64,000 nt of DNA from the NCBI RefSeq assembly GCF_004010195.1, contig NC_057753.1:2129243-2193242 (forward strand), written 5' to 3'. Positions 12,331 through 25,893 of the stretch are shown one piece after another (the first letter of the stretch is position 1; the number at the start of each line of letters is the position of its first letter). The position numbers and the translations under genes were made by a program. Below the pieces are notes generated by a model. That model did not search any database and was not told where the DNA came from. It was given only the letters and a program-made list of their open reading frames with translations. The DNA is from Chiloscyllium plagiosum (taxonomy: Eukaryota).

Positions 12331-12811
12331 TTTGAAGTAAAAGTTCCCAGATGTTCCCAGAAATTCAGCATCACGGGGAACCTCTTTTTTAATCCATAAT
12401 GTACATAGATAACAGAATAAGAGTTGTGTAATCACATCACGTTACTTGCATTGTTTTGTCAATGTGCTCCAACTGTGTGTTTTTAACCCCTCTTGCCAGT
12501 TGAATATGACGATGTTGGCTTCAACAATTTATTGTTTTACTTTTGATTTTTTTTTAAGCATACATTCTTACAGCAAAGTACTGCCTAAATTCTGGTATAG
12601 ATGACATAATTAGATATCATAAAATTATTTCCATATCCTCATGGATTATATTAAGTTCAGCTTTATGCTTGAAGTGCATCAATTTCACAATGACTGAAAC
12701 ATATTGTTTTCCGTGTTGGGGAGGGGCAATAGGAATAAAATGTGCAATTTGAACGTTTTCATTCCTTGCTTATCAGTCATTTGATATGCCTTGAAATGCA
12801 TTTTTTTACAG

Positions 12812-13716
12812 CTAACTTGACAGTGATTGTAATACTGTATCGAAGAAGATGTGGTCTGTCTGGATGCATCACGCATTATCTATTGTCCATGGCCGTAAGT
12901 GATCTCCTTGTCATGGTCACGACTGTGATATTAAGTCGAGTTGCTGGAATTTATTTCCCTTTCAGTTATTTGTCGCTCACACCGGTCTGCAGTCTACGTG
13001 CAGCCTTAATCTATGCAGCCATCGACAGTTCTACCTGGTTAACAGTTGCTTTCACGTTAGATAGATTTGTGGCCATTTCTTGTCAGCAGCTGAAAATAAA
13101 ATACTGTACTGAGAGGACGGCGGCACGAGTTATAGGAATTATCTCAGTTCTGAGCTGCGTAAAAAGTTCGTTTATGTATTTTATAACCGAGCCAAGGTAT
13201 ATAATTAACAATGTACCCTGGTTTTGCAATATAAAGTTAACATTTTATACATCACCCGCATGGATTACATATGATTGGATTCGCTCAATGTTAACTCCTT
13301 GCATTCCATTCATCTTAACTCTACTGCTCAATGCTCTGACTGTCAGACACATTCTAGCAGCCAATAGAGCCCGCAGGAGACTCCTTACGCAGAAAATTAG
13401 AGAAGATCAAAAGGACAGAGAGGTGGAAAAACGGAAGAAGTCCATGATTTTACTTTTTGCTATCTCGGGTAGTTTCATTCTGTCATATTGTTTATTTTTT
13501 ACAACGGTGCTTTATTTTCGCATTGCAAATCTTACCTACTTTTCAAGTTCCAATCAATCAGCCTTTATCCTCGAGCAAAGTGGATACATGATTCAAATAA
13601 TTAGTTCGTGTATCAATCCGTTTATTTATGCTGGGACCCAAAGGAAATTCAGAGAGGAGTTAAGAAATGGGGTCAATTATCCATTCCAAGTAATTATTAA
13701 ATTATTTAATTCCTGA
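12812..13716 (+). CDS. GPR139/GPR142-like class A GPCR copy A, coding exon 2 (324 aa with exon 1)
   Basis: The acceptor tttttttacag ends at 12811. The uninterrupted ORF contains YLLSMAVSDLL (TM2), PVC, WLTVAFTLDRFVAISCQ (TM3), YCTERTA, PWFC, NALTVRHIL and SCINPFIY..KFREEL (TM7/helix 8). Confidence 0.93.
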
Positions 13717-14000
13717 AAATGAGAACACTTAATATGGATTGTCTGCTATATTCTCACATGAATTCTACAGTACAGCATCTAATTTCTTTTTCTACTTGAT
13801 TGATAACGAAACATTGTTAACATTTTTTTTTCTTAACCAAGACATGATTAACTAGCATGAAAAATACATAACTTTACGCGTCTTTTTGCACTTAGATAAT
13901 TTGCTACAACCGAACTTACAGTTCTACGACAAATTCAGAACCTGGAAACATTATCTGATTAGTCACGCAGAAAACATTTTTTTCGCATTAATTCATATGT

Positions 14001-16281
14001 AAGCATGGAAAGTGATTGAGTTGCCAGTGGGGGAAGCACTTTGGGGCCAGCGACCACAATCCTATTAGTTTTAAAATAGTGATGAAGAAGGATAGACCAG
14101 ATCTCAAACTTGAATTTCTAAATTGGAGGAAGGCCAATTTTGACGTTATTCGGCAAGAACCTTCAAAAGCTGACTGGGGGCAGATGTTTGCAGGTAAATG
14201 GACAGGTGGAAAATGGGAAGCTTTCAGAAATGAGATAACGAGAGTCCAGAGAAAGTATATTCCTAATAGGATGGAAGGAAAGGCTGGTAGGTGTAGGGAA
14301 TGCTGAATGACTAAAGAAATTCAGTCTTTAGTTAAGAAAATGAAGGAAGCACATGTCAGATATAGACAGGATAGATCGAGTGAACCCTGAGAAGAGTATA
14401 AAGGCAGTAGGAGTGCACTTAAGAGAGAAATCAGGAGGGCAAAAAGGGGGCATGAGATAGCTTTGACAAATGGAGCTCAAGATAATTCAAAGGGTTTTTA
14501 CAAAAAGGATAACTAGGAAGAGAATAGGGTCCTCATTGATCAACATGGTGTCCTTTGTGTGGAGCCGCAGGAGATGGGGAAGATACTAAACGAGCATTTT
14601 GCATCAGCATTTGCTGTGGAATAGGACATGATATAGAATGTAGGGAAATAGATGGTGATATCTTGTAAAATGTCCAGATTACAGAGGAGCAAGTGTTCGA
14701 TGTCTTGAAACGTATGAAAGTGGATAAATCCCCGGACTTGATCAGGTGTAGCCTAGAACTCTGTGGGAAGCTAGGGAGGGGATTGCTCGGCATCTTGGTG
14801 CGCTATTTGTATTATCAATAGTTACAGGGGAAGAGCCAGAAGACTGAAGGTTGGCTAACGTAGTGCCACTGTTTAAGAAGGGTGGTAAGGACAAGCCAGG
14901 GAACTATAGGCCAGTGAGCCTGACGTCGGTGGTGGACAAGTTGTTGGAGAGAATCCTGAGGGACAGCATGTACATGTACTTGGAAAAGCAATGACTGATT
15001 AGGGAGCGTCAACATGACTTTGTGCTTGGGAAATCATGTTTTCCAAACTCGACTGAGCTTTTTGAAGAAGTAACAAAGAGCATTGATGAGGGCAGAGTGG
15101 TAGATACAATCTATATGGACTTCACTAAGACGTTCGACAAGGTTCCCCATAAGAGACTGGTTAGCAAGGTTAGATTTCACGGAATACAGGGAGAACTAGC
15201 CATTTGGATACGGAACGGGGTCAAAGGTAGAAGACAGAAGTGGTGGAAGGTTCTTTGTCAGATTGGAGGCCTGTGACATGTGGAGTGTCACAAGGATCGG
15301 TGCTGGGTCCACAACTTTTCCACATTTATATAATTGATTTGGATGTGAGCATAAGAGGGAAAATCAGTAAGTTTTCCGATGACACCAAAATTGGATGTAT
15401 AGTGGACAGCGAAGAAGGCTGCCTCAGTCTACAATGGGATCTTGATCAGATGGGCTAATGGGCTGAGGAGTGGCAGATGAAGTCTAATTTAGATAAATGT
15501 GAAGTGCTACATTTTGGGAAAGCAAACTTAGCAGGACTTATACATTTAATGGTAAGGTCCTAGGGAATGCTGCTGAACAAAGAGACCTTGGAGTGTAGCT
15601 TCGTAGCTCATTTAAAGTGGTGTCTGAGGTAGATAGGTTAGTGAAGAAGGCGTTTGGTATGCTTTCCTTTATTAGTCAGAGTATTGAGTGCAGGAGTCGG
15701 GAGGTCATGTTGTGGCTGTACAGGACATTGGTTAGGCCACTGTTAGAATATTGTGTGCAATTCTGGTCTCCTCCCTATCGGAAAGATGTTGTGAAACTTG
15801 AAAGAGTTCAGAAAGGATTTCCAAGGATGTTGCCAGGGTTGGAGGATTTGAGCTATAGAGAGAGGTTGAATAGGCTAGGTCTGTTTTCCCTGGAGTGTCA
15901 GAGGCTGAGAAATGACCTTATTTAGGTTTATAAAATCATGAGGGGCATAGATAGGAGAAATAGACAAGGTCTTTTTCCCTGGGGTGGATAAGTCCAGAAC
16001 TAGAGACCATAGATTTTGGGTAAGAAGTGAAAGATGTAAAATGTACCTAATGAACAACGTTTTCACGCAGAGGGTTGTCTGTGCAAGGAATCAGCACCAA
16101 GAGAAAGTGGTGGAGACATTTAAAAGGCATCTCGATGGGTATATGAATAGGAAGGGTTTGGAGGGATGTGGGCTGGGCGCTGGCAGGTGGGACTAAATTG
16201 ATTTGGGATATCTGGTCAGCATGGACAAGTTGGACAGAAGAGTTTGATTCCCTGCTGTACATCTCTCTGACTCGATGACTC
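14001..16281 (+). mobile_element. 5'-truncated CR1 LINE specific to unit 1
   Basis: SDHNPISF..., IYMDFTKTFDKVPH, GVSQGSVLGP, KFSDDTK and YRTLVRPLLEYCVQFWSP are present, with a ctatgact-like tail. It is flanked by TATGT. The empty site is at about 43725-43735. Confidence 0.92.
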
Positions 16282-17699
16282 TATGTTTGGAAGGTGACTA
16301 GCCAGGTCAGCATTAATCACCATGTTTCATTTATTTTCTCTGTCGAGTGTCCTAGCTTCATTCAAGTTATGTCGGAAACCTTCCATTGTCCCACTTGAGG
16401 CCAAATCCTTGGAATGTTGTCAACTTTTGTTACCTATTTGTTCTTGTTCATGACCTTCACTTGTCGGGAGTGATTAATGTGCAATCATTTCTTCCGACTT
16501 CATGGTTGGAGCTCATTCTGTGCTGGTGCGCAAAAAGCACTATGTTTTGTGTTATCCCTTGCTTCTCTTCGTCTATCCATTAGTCCCTGAACTTTTCAAG
16601 GCAGCGGATCAATCTCACTGTTAATGATCACTCTCCCTGCCTCTAAAACTCACAGTTGTTCATTCATAACCACAAGGGTGGGCACGTATGACACGCTGCC
16701 TGAAATTGCTTTTCTTTATCTTGCATTATGAAGTATATTGTCCTGTGAGCACAGAGGTTGTATCATTGTAAAACCAGCAATGACTCGTCGAATGTTAACA
16801 CGGTGACAGCTTACAAGTCCATCATGATGTCTCCGGTATGATTCCTGCATGCAAGCATTGAGGACTGGCTGCATCGGTGTCATGATGGCCTTACCAGTTT
16901 TTAGCATAAATAGACTCCCACTCTACTGACAGTAAATCGAATGCATAGGAGCACCCTTTTCATTTTAAAATCACAGTTAAATTTGTCAGCTTAATATTGC
17001 TGTGTGCAGTTATTTTCTCTGTTGCTTCACACCATTATTCCTTTTTCATCATTTCTGTGGTGGCAGTGCAATGCATACAGTGCATCCTGGGCTTTAATTT
17101 GAGGGAAGAGTATGGTGGTGATGAAAAGAAATATACATTTCTCAAGCAAAAATACCTTAAAGTTGCATTTTAAAAAAGAACATACGTTTTGGCAGATGAA
17201 TAGCAGCTTCAGGCCGAAGGCAGAAGAATCAAAATGTGTTTACAATTGAATGCAATATACTTTAAGTTCAACAGACTTAGGAATCTTTCTTATGTCATAG
17301 TTGAATATAATTTCACGGTTTCGGAAGTTAACTTACATTGATGTCAACGTTGTTTCTACAATAAAACCTTCGAAGGTATTGCAAAAATGTTGATTACTGG
17401 TGAACCTTCTCTTGGAAATTATGATTTGACACCATTGCAGGAAGAATGTATAATTACCTCTACACAATAAAAAAATGCAACCAATTATGGTGTGAACTGA
17501 CTTTTTCCTTAAGCAAGAATGGAAATCTGTCAAAGGCTAAATTGGTATTAATTTTTCCTGTTCTACGTTCAAGTGGTGTGCAAGCGTGGCTACTTTGAAA
17601 ACAGTCACTACTTGAAGGCAATTGGGAATCCAAGTAACGTCTGCAATTATACTCAATTATAATTGGTCGTGTAAAAGGCATAATAATTGAAAATGTGCT

Positions 17700-18700
17700 T
17701 GTTCCATTCAACTACTGACTTTCTTAAAGTATTAGTTCATTCATGGGCACAAGTGCTAAATTTCAGAGGTGAGGTGAGAATGACTGCCCTTGACATCAAG
17801 CCACATTTGACTGAATATCGATCCGGTAGCCCTGGCTCAATCAGGATCTTTGGGCTTTGGGGCGGGAGTGGGGTGGCATTTCTGCGCTAGTTGGAGTCAG
17901 AGCTGGTACAAAGAGATTTGGTTTTGTTGATTGGTAGTTATTCATCTCGACTCCATGGCATCACTGTCGGAGTTCCTCACCAAAGGAATCAATTTTAATG
18001 CTGCCATCAGTGATCTTCACTCCATAACAAGGTAATTAAGTGGGCAAGTTCACTGACCATTTCACAATACTATGCAACATTCACAATTCCTCAGACGGTG
18101 AAACAGTCCATATCCAAATGCAGCAAAGCCTGAAAAACCTTTGTGTTTGAGCAGCCAAGAGGCAAATCGCGATTGTGTTACACAAATATCCAGCTCCAAT
18201 AGAGAATCTAAAAGTCACATTCAATTGCAGTGCAATCACTGAATCACCCATTAACAACATCTTGGCGTTACCTTTGATTAATTATCAAACATTTCAATAT
18301 TGCATCTTCAAGTGTCGGTCAGAGGTTAAAAAAAGAACTGAAGCACCTAAGTCACCTTATTTGATGCCAAATCCTGTGCACTACTTACAACGTGCAAGTC
18401 AAGCGTGTAATGGTATACTCCCCACTTTTCTGGGTATATGCTGCTCCACTAGTACTCAAGAAGCTTAATACCATCCAGGAGAAAGACGCCTGCTTGATTG
18501 CCATGACATCCACGCCTTTCTTTACCGATGGCCTGTAACAGAAGTGGGAGCAGTACTGCAGAACACACCAAAGTGATTTGCACAGTACCTCCCAAAGCCA
18601 TAGACCTCCACAATCTAGAAGGACAAGGTTGTCAGATACATTAGAACACCACGAGCTGCAAGCCAAAGCTTGGAACCTCCTCCCTCACAGCAATAAATGT
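17700..18700 (+). mobile_element. Ancient LINE RT relic (CR1/L2 clade)
   Basis: GEVRMTALDIK. The paralog at about 45620-46560 reads RLTALDIKATF..INDLPSII..ITDYSTMF. Confidence 0.6.
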
Positions 18701-19989
18701 TGGCCGAGCAAATGATGTCCACATCTGATGAATGGATATTTGAAAAACAAATATGGATTAATCATTCACTCATCAGACATTTGGTTTTGTGGAATTTTAC
18801 TTTGGACTTTGTACAAAGCAATATTGCAAAAACGAAACAACAGTGATCCCATTGTTGACACCGTGTGAATTGGTCATACAACAGTAGACATGGGCTTGGT
18901 TTACCGGGTAGCATTTAGTGAATATTCCTATTTGCTCCTGTGAAGCTACGGGCGAGACGATTTCTTGAACTGTGGCACATCATTTGATGTAAATACATCC
19001 ACAATGCTTGTCAGGCATGATATTTATCTGTTTTCAGACCAGATTTAGATTCAGATGAGAATCAGTTAAGTACCAGACATTTGAATCTAATGCAATATTT
19101 CTATCTCCAAAAGAATTGTTGACTGTGTTTTTTTTTGGCAAGGTTCATCGCTGACTAAATTAAAAAAAATATGTTATCAGTTGCCAGATTTTTTCAGGAA
19201 CTACTGGCATTTAGATTTAGAAGAAAAGAATATAAATTCATGACAGGTGCTGTTTCAATGCAGTGAACTTTACAATTCCCTATCTTTTTCTAAATCTGCT
19301 GTCTGTTAATAAAGCAACAAAAACAACTCCTGTCAAAAAACTTACTTTTACAAAACATTCGATTGTTTTGTTGACATAAACTTGAGTATGTGGACACATA
19401 AACGTGAGTAGATTTGTGCTCCTACAATACAGTCATAGAGTCATCCCACAAAGAAGAGACGCTTCAGCGTTTTGACTGATTTACATACACTAATGTCACT
19501 TTCTAATATTTGGAGGACTGTCAGCGACCAACCACCCGGCTCATCCCCAATCTAGAGATGACCGCGTGGCTTGGGCAATCATACACTTCATAGAGAGAAA
19601 TATAGAAAATAGCAGCCCTTCCAGCATTCTGCACTGTTTTACATACTCATGGTGGATCATCCAACTCAGTACCCTGTCGCCACTTTCCCTGCATAGCCTG
19701 TCCCTCAGGGAACTACGTCGAACTCCCTCTTGAAGTGTTCACTTTTGACCTGAAATATTTTCTGTGATAGAGGATCACAGATATTCACCCCATTCTCGTG
19801 GGCAAGAACTTTCCACTTCGTCTCATTCCTAATTGACCTATGCCATATCCTAACACTACAACAACTGTTTCTGGGCTCCTCCACTATAACGAACATCCTT
19901 ACTGTGTTTACCTTGCGGAACTTTATGGATTGCTATGATATCTTCGCCCCATGCCCCTTTCTGCTGAACTCCAGTTATACTGAACAACT

Positions 19990-20295
19990 ATAGAATACCT
20001 ACAATGCGGGAAGAGGTCATCCAATCCGTTGAGCCCACACCCAACCTCTTAAATGCACTCCACCCGCACCATTTCCCAGTAACCCCGCATTCAGCACAGC
20101 TAATCTACGTAGCCTGTACATCACGAGGTGCTACAGATAATGTAGCATTGCTAATCCACCTAACCCGCACATCTTTGGACACAGGGAGAACTTGCAACTT
20201 CCACACAGTGAGTCTGCCAAGGCTGGAACTGAATCTGGTTCGCTGGCGCTGTGAGGTAGCATTGCTAACCACTGAGCCACTGCGTGAGCCTCATC
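19990..20295 (-). mobile_element. Old HE1-like SINE (paralogs about 27510-27790 and 47835-48135)
   Basis: ctggcgctgtgaggtagcattgctaaccactgagccac head and atagaatacctacaatgcgg tail. Confidence 0.75.
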
Positions 20296-20299
20296 TCAA

Positions 20300-23200
20300 C
20301 AGTTGTCAGGTCTGCTATCCTAGTATTAAATACTGAAATTTTGTTTCACTCCCTCAGTGGGTACAAACTTTACCTGAGACAAGGAGACCAAGACTTCACA
20401 GAATACTTCATGTGTGCTCTCGTCAAGACTGCTATAATGGACGGCAGAGCATTTCTGCTCTTGTACTCGAATCTGCTTTCTATAGAGGCCAAAATATCAT
20501 TTGCCTTCTTCATTGCCTGCTGCACCTGCATGCGTATTTCCTGTGACTGTCGTACAAAAGACACTGAGGTCTTGTTGACCCCAACCCCGTTGTCATCTCG
20601 GCAAAAGTAGGTGAGATCACATGACATCAGGGTGAACAGGCAAGATGCAAACAGAACTGGGTTAGTCATAAAGGACGGAAGTTAGCGGTGGAAGGATGGT
20701 TTTCAAAATGGAGGATTGTGACTAAGGGAATCGGTGCTGGAACCTCTGGTGTTATAATCGACATGAATGGTTTGCAGGAAAACGTAGCTGACGTAATTAG
20801 AAACATTACGGACCAATCAAAGAATTGTAGAGTTGTGACATTTGGGACCATTGCCTGAGGATACGATGTGGAGATGCCAGTATTGGACTAGGGTGGACGA
20901 AGTCAGAAGTCACACGACACCAGATTATAGTCCAACTGATTTATTTGAAATCACAAAGTTTTAGAGCATGATACCTTCATCAACCAGTGTCCTCTCATGT
21001 CATGTAACTTCTGACAATGCGAGAGGATACAGCAGGATGTAGAACAGTTTGAGACACGGCTATCAAAATGGCAGATGCAGTTTAATCCCGACAAAAGGGA
21101 GGTGATGCATTTTGGAAGGTCAAGTACATGCGGAAATTTTACAGCGAATGACAGAACCTTTAGGAGTATTGATGTGCAGAGTGATCTGGGTATGCAGGTC
21201 CACAGATCATTGAAGGTGGAAGACAGGGTAGTAAAAAAGATCTATGATATACTTACCATAATTGGAAGGAGAAATTGAGTATCAGTACAGCTAAGTTATG
21301 TTGTAGCTTTACAGAACGTTAATCAGTCCACCCTTGTAGTAATGTGTACAGATCCAGTCACCAGCGTACCTGAAGGATGTGGTTGCTTTCGAAATGGCAC
21401 GGAAAAGGCTTCCCAGGATGTTGACTGGTATGGGGGATTTTAGCAATGGAGAGGCTGAGTTTGCTTTCACTGGAACACAGAAAATTGAGGGGCGACCTGA
21501 TAGATTGCTACAAGATTATGGATGGCATGAATAAAATGGAAAGTTAGGGCGTAACTTTGGGAACACTGATTTAAGGTACAGAGTGGGGAGAGGGGGTTTG
21601 AGGAGGGAGCTTAAAAGAAATGTGCGAGAGTCGTTTTTCCCTCGAAGTGTGGTGAGCGCCTGAAACTTGCGAAAGGAGGTGAGTGCCAAAGTAAGTGATG
21701 GAAGAAGGCACAATAGCAACATGCATGAAATAGCTTATCACACACACGAATAGCATCCTAATAGAGGGATATGGATCCTGCAAATGAAGACATTTTTAGT
21801 TCAGCGGAGCAGAATATGTTGGCGCAGAGTTGGAGGGTAAAGGGGCTGTTCCTTTGCTCTCTTGTGCTTTTTTCTCTGCATCTATTGACCTTCAGGTCAT
21901 TAGGTGCCTTCCTCTTTTTGCTACCAACGTAGTTAATCTCACTATTATACACAGTTTAATCCATCTGTCATGTTTTTCTCCACTCACTCAATTTGTCTAA
22001 ATCACACTGATGAATTTGTATAGACTACCCACACCTCACCCTCCCACGCAGCTTTGTCTCGTCTGCAAACTTGCTTTCTTAGCCAATTAGCTTTTATATA
22101 TTGTGAGCAGCTTGGAGCCAAGCATTGATCTCTTTGATACCCAATAGTTGGTGTCTGAAATTCAAGAAAACAGTTATTTCTAGAATTTTAAGGGGCAAAG
22201 TGACCATGCGCATTGGAACTGCAGGGGATGGGCAATGTACTCAGAGAATACTTTCGCAATGTTTAATATTGCGAAAGACATGAAGACGTGGGAATTGGGG
22301 ATTTAATGGTCATATCTTGGGGGCAGTCCATATCACAGAAGAGGAGGTGTTGGATATATTAGAATAATAAAAATGGATAAGTCTCCTGTTCCTGACCAGA
22401 TATATCCAAGAAAAATGCAAGAGACTGAAGAAGAAATTGCGGTGTCCCTGGCTTTTGCATCTTTGTTCGCCAGTGAGGTCCTGGAAGATTGGCTAGGAGC
22501 CAATGTTGTGCCCTTATTCAAGAAGGGATGCAAAAAAAAACCCTGCTAACTATAGATCAGGAAGACTAACATCTGTTGCAGGTAAGTTATTTGAGAAATT
22601 CTGAGATAAGATATACAAACATTTGAGTACCGGGTTTAATTGGTAATAGCATAGTTTCGTGGGATATCATAGCCACATATTTGTGAGAGTTATTTGATGA
22701 AGTGAACAGAAAAGCTCGTGAGAGCAGGGCAGTGTGTGCAGTTTATATGGATTTCAGTCAGGCCTTTGATAAGGTTCTACGTGATAGGCTGCTCTGGAAG
22801 GTAAGAACGCTTGGAAACAGGGGAAGCTGGCAAATTGAATACACAACTAGTTTGATAGTAGGAAGCAGAGGGCAATAGTAGACAGATGCTTGTGGGCCTG
22901 GAGGCCTGTGACTAATATAGTGCCTCAGGGGTCGGTGCTAGTGCCATTGCTTTCATTTCTATATGAATGATTGAAGTGAGAATTTACAAGGCATGATTAG
23001 TAACTTTGCAGACGACAATAGAGTAAGAGGTATCGTGGACAAAGAGGAAGGTTATCATTGCAGCAGGACCTTGATCAGCTGATATGTTGTGCTGAGAAAT
23101 GGCAAATGGATTTGAATATGGGTAAATGCGAGGACGTGCATTTTAGAAAGTCAAATCAAGATAGAAGTTTCATGGAGAAGGGTAGTGCTCCAGGAGTGCA

Positions 23201-24480
23201 GTGGAACACAGCGACCTTGGCGTTCAGGTACATGCTTTCCAGGCAGTGGAGACCCAGATAGACAGGGCATTGAAGAAGACTCGTGATGTACTGCCTCATT
23301 AGTCAGAGCATTGGCTGAGAATTTGATATGGCATGTTGCCTTTGTACAGGATATTGGCGAGTATTGTGTTCAGTTTTGGTCACCTTGCAACAAGAAGGAT
23401 GTTACGGAACTGGAAAGAGTACACACGAAATTTAGAATGATGTTGGCAGGACTCAACGTTCTGAGCCATAGGGAGAGGTTGGACGAGCCAGGATTTTTTC
23501 ATCAGAGCGTAGGAGACTGAGGGGGCATCTTATAGAAGTGTATACGATCATGAGAGACATGGATATGATGAACGCACTCAGTCTTTTCCCACGGTAGGTG
23601 AATCGAGACCGAAAGGGCATCAGTTTAACGTTAGAGGGGAACGAAGAAAAGGGAACCTGAGGGGCAACTCTTTTGCACAGAGTGTGGTACGCATATGGAA
23701 TGAGCTGCCAGAGAAAGTGATTTAGGCAATTACATTAACAACATTTAAAAGGCATTTCAACAAATGCATCGATAGAAAAGGTATAGATGGATATGGGTCA
23801 AGTGCTGGGAAATGGGTTAGCATGGATGGATAATTTGGTTGGCATGGACCAGTTTGGGCCAAAGAATCCGTTTTCGTGCTGTAGGATTCTATGACACTAT
23901 GACTTTGTCTCCTGTCTCCCAAACAGTGCTCTGTCTATGTCCAATTCATCTTAGTTGTGCATTTTAATGTCTTATGTGGAGCCTTGATTAAAGTGTTACG
24001 AAGGTTCAAGTAAATGACGTTCACTGCCTGTTGCACATCAGCTTTACCAGTGATATCCCTGAAAGATTCCAATAGATTTTCCAAGCATTATTTAGCTAAT
24101 CCAAGCTGATAGTCCTTGATGCTGCCATTGTTTATATATATATATATGTAAAAACACACACACACACAATGGCTTCGACCGTTTTCACTACTACTAATGC
24201 CAGCCAACACGTCTAGGATTTCCGGTTTTTCTCTACCTTTTATATATAACATCCTTTATTTTCACATGGGGGATTAGAAAAGTTATATTACAACTCATAT
24301 GAACGGTTTCAGAATTTACAGCATCTTGAAATTTAACCACATATACAGAAAATATTTCCAGAGTCACTTCTGTAAATTGACTGGGCTTTGGATTACTTGG
24401 TCCTCTGAAAGTATTGGCATTTTACTCCATTAATTTTCCAAATACCATCTCTCTACTCGTAATGATTTTCTTCAGTTCCT
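20300..24480. mobile_element. Nested mosaic of old CR1 fragments in both orientations
   Basis: Plus-strand pieces (about 20600-21870 and 22180-23900; MQFNPDKREVMHFG, AEKWQMDLN, YCVQFWSP) are nested in a minus-strand CR1 (ESRFEYKSRN). Confidence 0.8.
20865..21015 (-). mobile_element. PLE pLTR fragment nested in CR1 (paralogs about 28365-28515 and 48703-48855)
   Basis: gtggagatgccagtattggac..gtcacacgacaccagattatagtccaac. It is flanked by a duplicated tcagaggat in unit 3. Confidence 0.7.
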
Positions 24481-24504
24481 CTATCAGTACATCGTCTGTA
24501 TGAG

Positions 24505-24715
24505 TGTCAGCTCAACTCAGTTGACTGAAGGATTGGTTTGCACAGCACTATGATGCCAATAAATTGAGTTCAACTTCCATTGCCAGGTGAGATTACTGTG
24601 AAGAGCTCTCCTCAACCTCTTCCCAAGCCTGAGGTAGTATGCATCTAGGCTAAGCCATCCCTCTCTCTAACGAGAAAACAGCCCCATGGTCTGGTAAGGC
24701 TCTGGTGACACAACA
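24505..24715 (+). mobile_element. Probable old tRNA-derived SINE (paralogs about 32007-32210 and 56260-56470)
   Basis: The paralogs have an A-box-like tagctcagttgg, then a degenerate B box and an acaaca tail. Confidence 0.45.
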
Positions 24716-25893
24716 CCCTGTGCTTGACAATATTATTTGTGGGATCCTCAAAAAGACTGAACTGAAATATGTTGAAATATATGAAATACCTACCCATTCT
24801 CCTATCTTTGTTCCCGATGATAATCCACTGTTTCTGACATGAAAGGATGTGTGTTTGCCTTCACAAATATTTCCCCCTCTTTACATACCTACAGGCACTT
24901 TTGCAAATAATCTGTATGTGACATGAACATAAATTTACATACTTCTACTCCAGACAGAAACTCACGTAGATGCAGTGAGAATGTGCAAACTGCACAGAGA
25001 TTGTTTGATGATGGAATGAATACAGGCCCCTAGCGCTGTGAGGCACGAAGGCGCTGTTCTGGAGAAGAATAAAAAAAACCTGAAACGATTGACAACTCAG
25101 ACACTGTTACTATTATCTCCTAAGTGATGAAAGAGTTAACAGCAATCTAGATTACTTCAATAATCCGAAAGTTTGCACTTCCAAATCAATCTGTTGGACT
25201 ATATCCTATTGTTGTGGGTTTTTTTTAACTTTGTCCAGCCTAGTCCAACACCTCTACACCATGACCACTATCTTTTAAAAGGATTCAATAACGATATACG
25301 TTTTTTGATAATATTTACATTTCAGTTAGAAACGACCTTTCAGAATCATCCCGGTAAGCCTGTCTACCAGTTATGTTTAAGTTCCTCCATGAACTGTCAT
25401 TTTATTTTGCCTTGTGAGCGTTTATTCAAACGACGTCAGTGAACTCTAATTTCTGAACCAACTAAGGAGTAACGACATTTAAGCTACAATTTCAGAACAG
25501 CGTGGAGAAAATGTATTCTTGTCATTTGAAGGGGAAGGGATGTGCGCATTATTGTGGAGAAAAAGAGACATATCACCTTAGCCTCTATCAAGCATGGTGG
25601 TCAAGGAATTCTCAGCTAATGGAAAGCAGAGCGCCATTCGAAACATTTGCAGAAAAGGCTGCATAATAATCAGAATAGTTAATTAGTAGGGAAATAAAAT
25701 GAGGAAGTGAAATTCCAAATGCAATTTAATGTTGCTGGCGGATTTCGGTCACCTTGCAGTGGAGATTCATTAATAACCTAGTCACAGAAATGGGAAGCCA
25801 CATTTAAGGAAGGAAAGTTAACATTTCAAAATAACAAAAAATTATCACAATTTTTTAGTGATCTGCAGAACGTGGCTGAAGTTCCCATGAACT

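Larger units (their letters stand above)
8935..24950 (+). repeat. Segmental duplication unit 1 (contains intact GPCR copy A)
   Basis: It is collinear with 24950-33450 and 39105-57400: the same upstream block, exon 1, exon 2 and order of SINE/CR1/PLE fossils. Confidence 0.85.

Noticed and set aside
12742..12811. ORF-track N-terminus MQFERFHSLL... for GPCR A as a single-exon gene
   Set aside because: It starts at a GTG in intron sequence upstream of a clear acceptor and is not conserved in copy C. The spliced exon 1 fits better.
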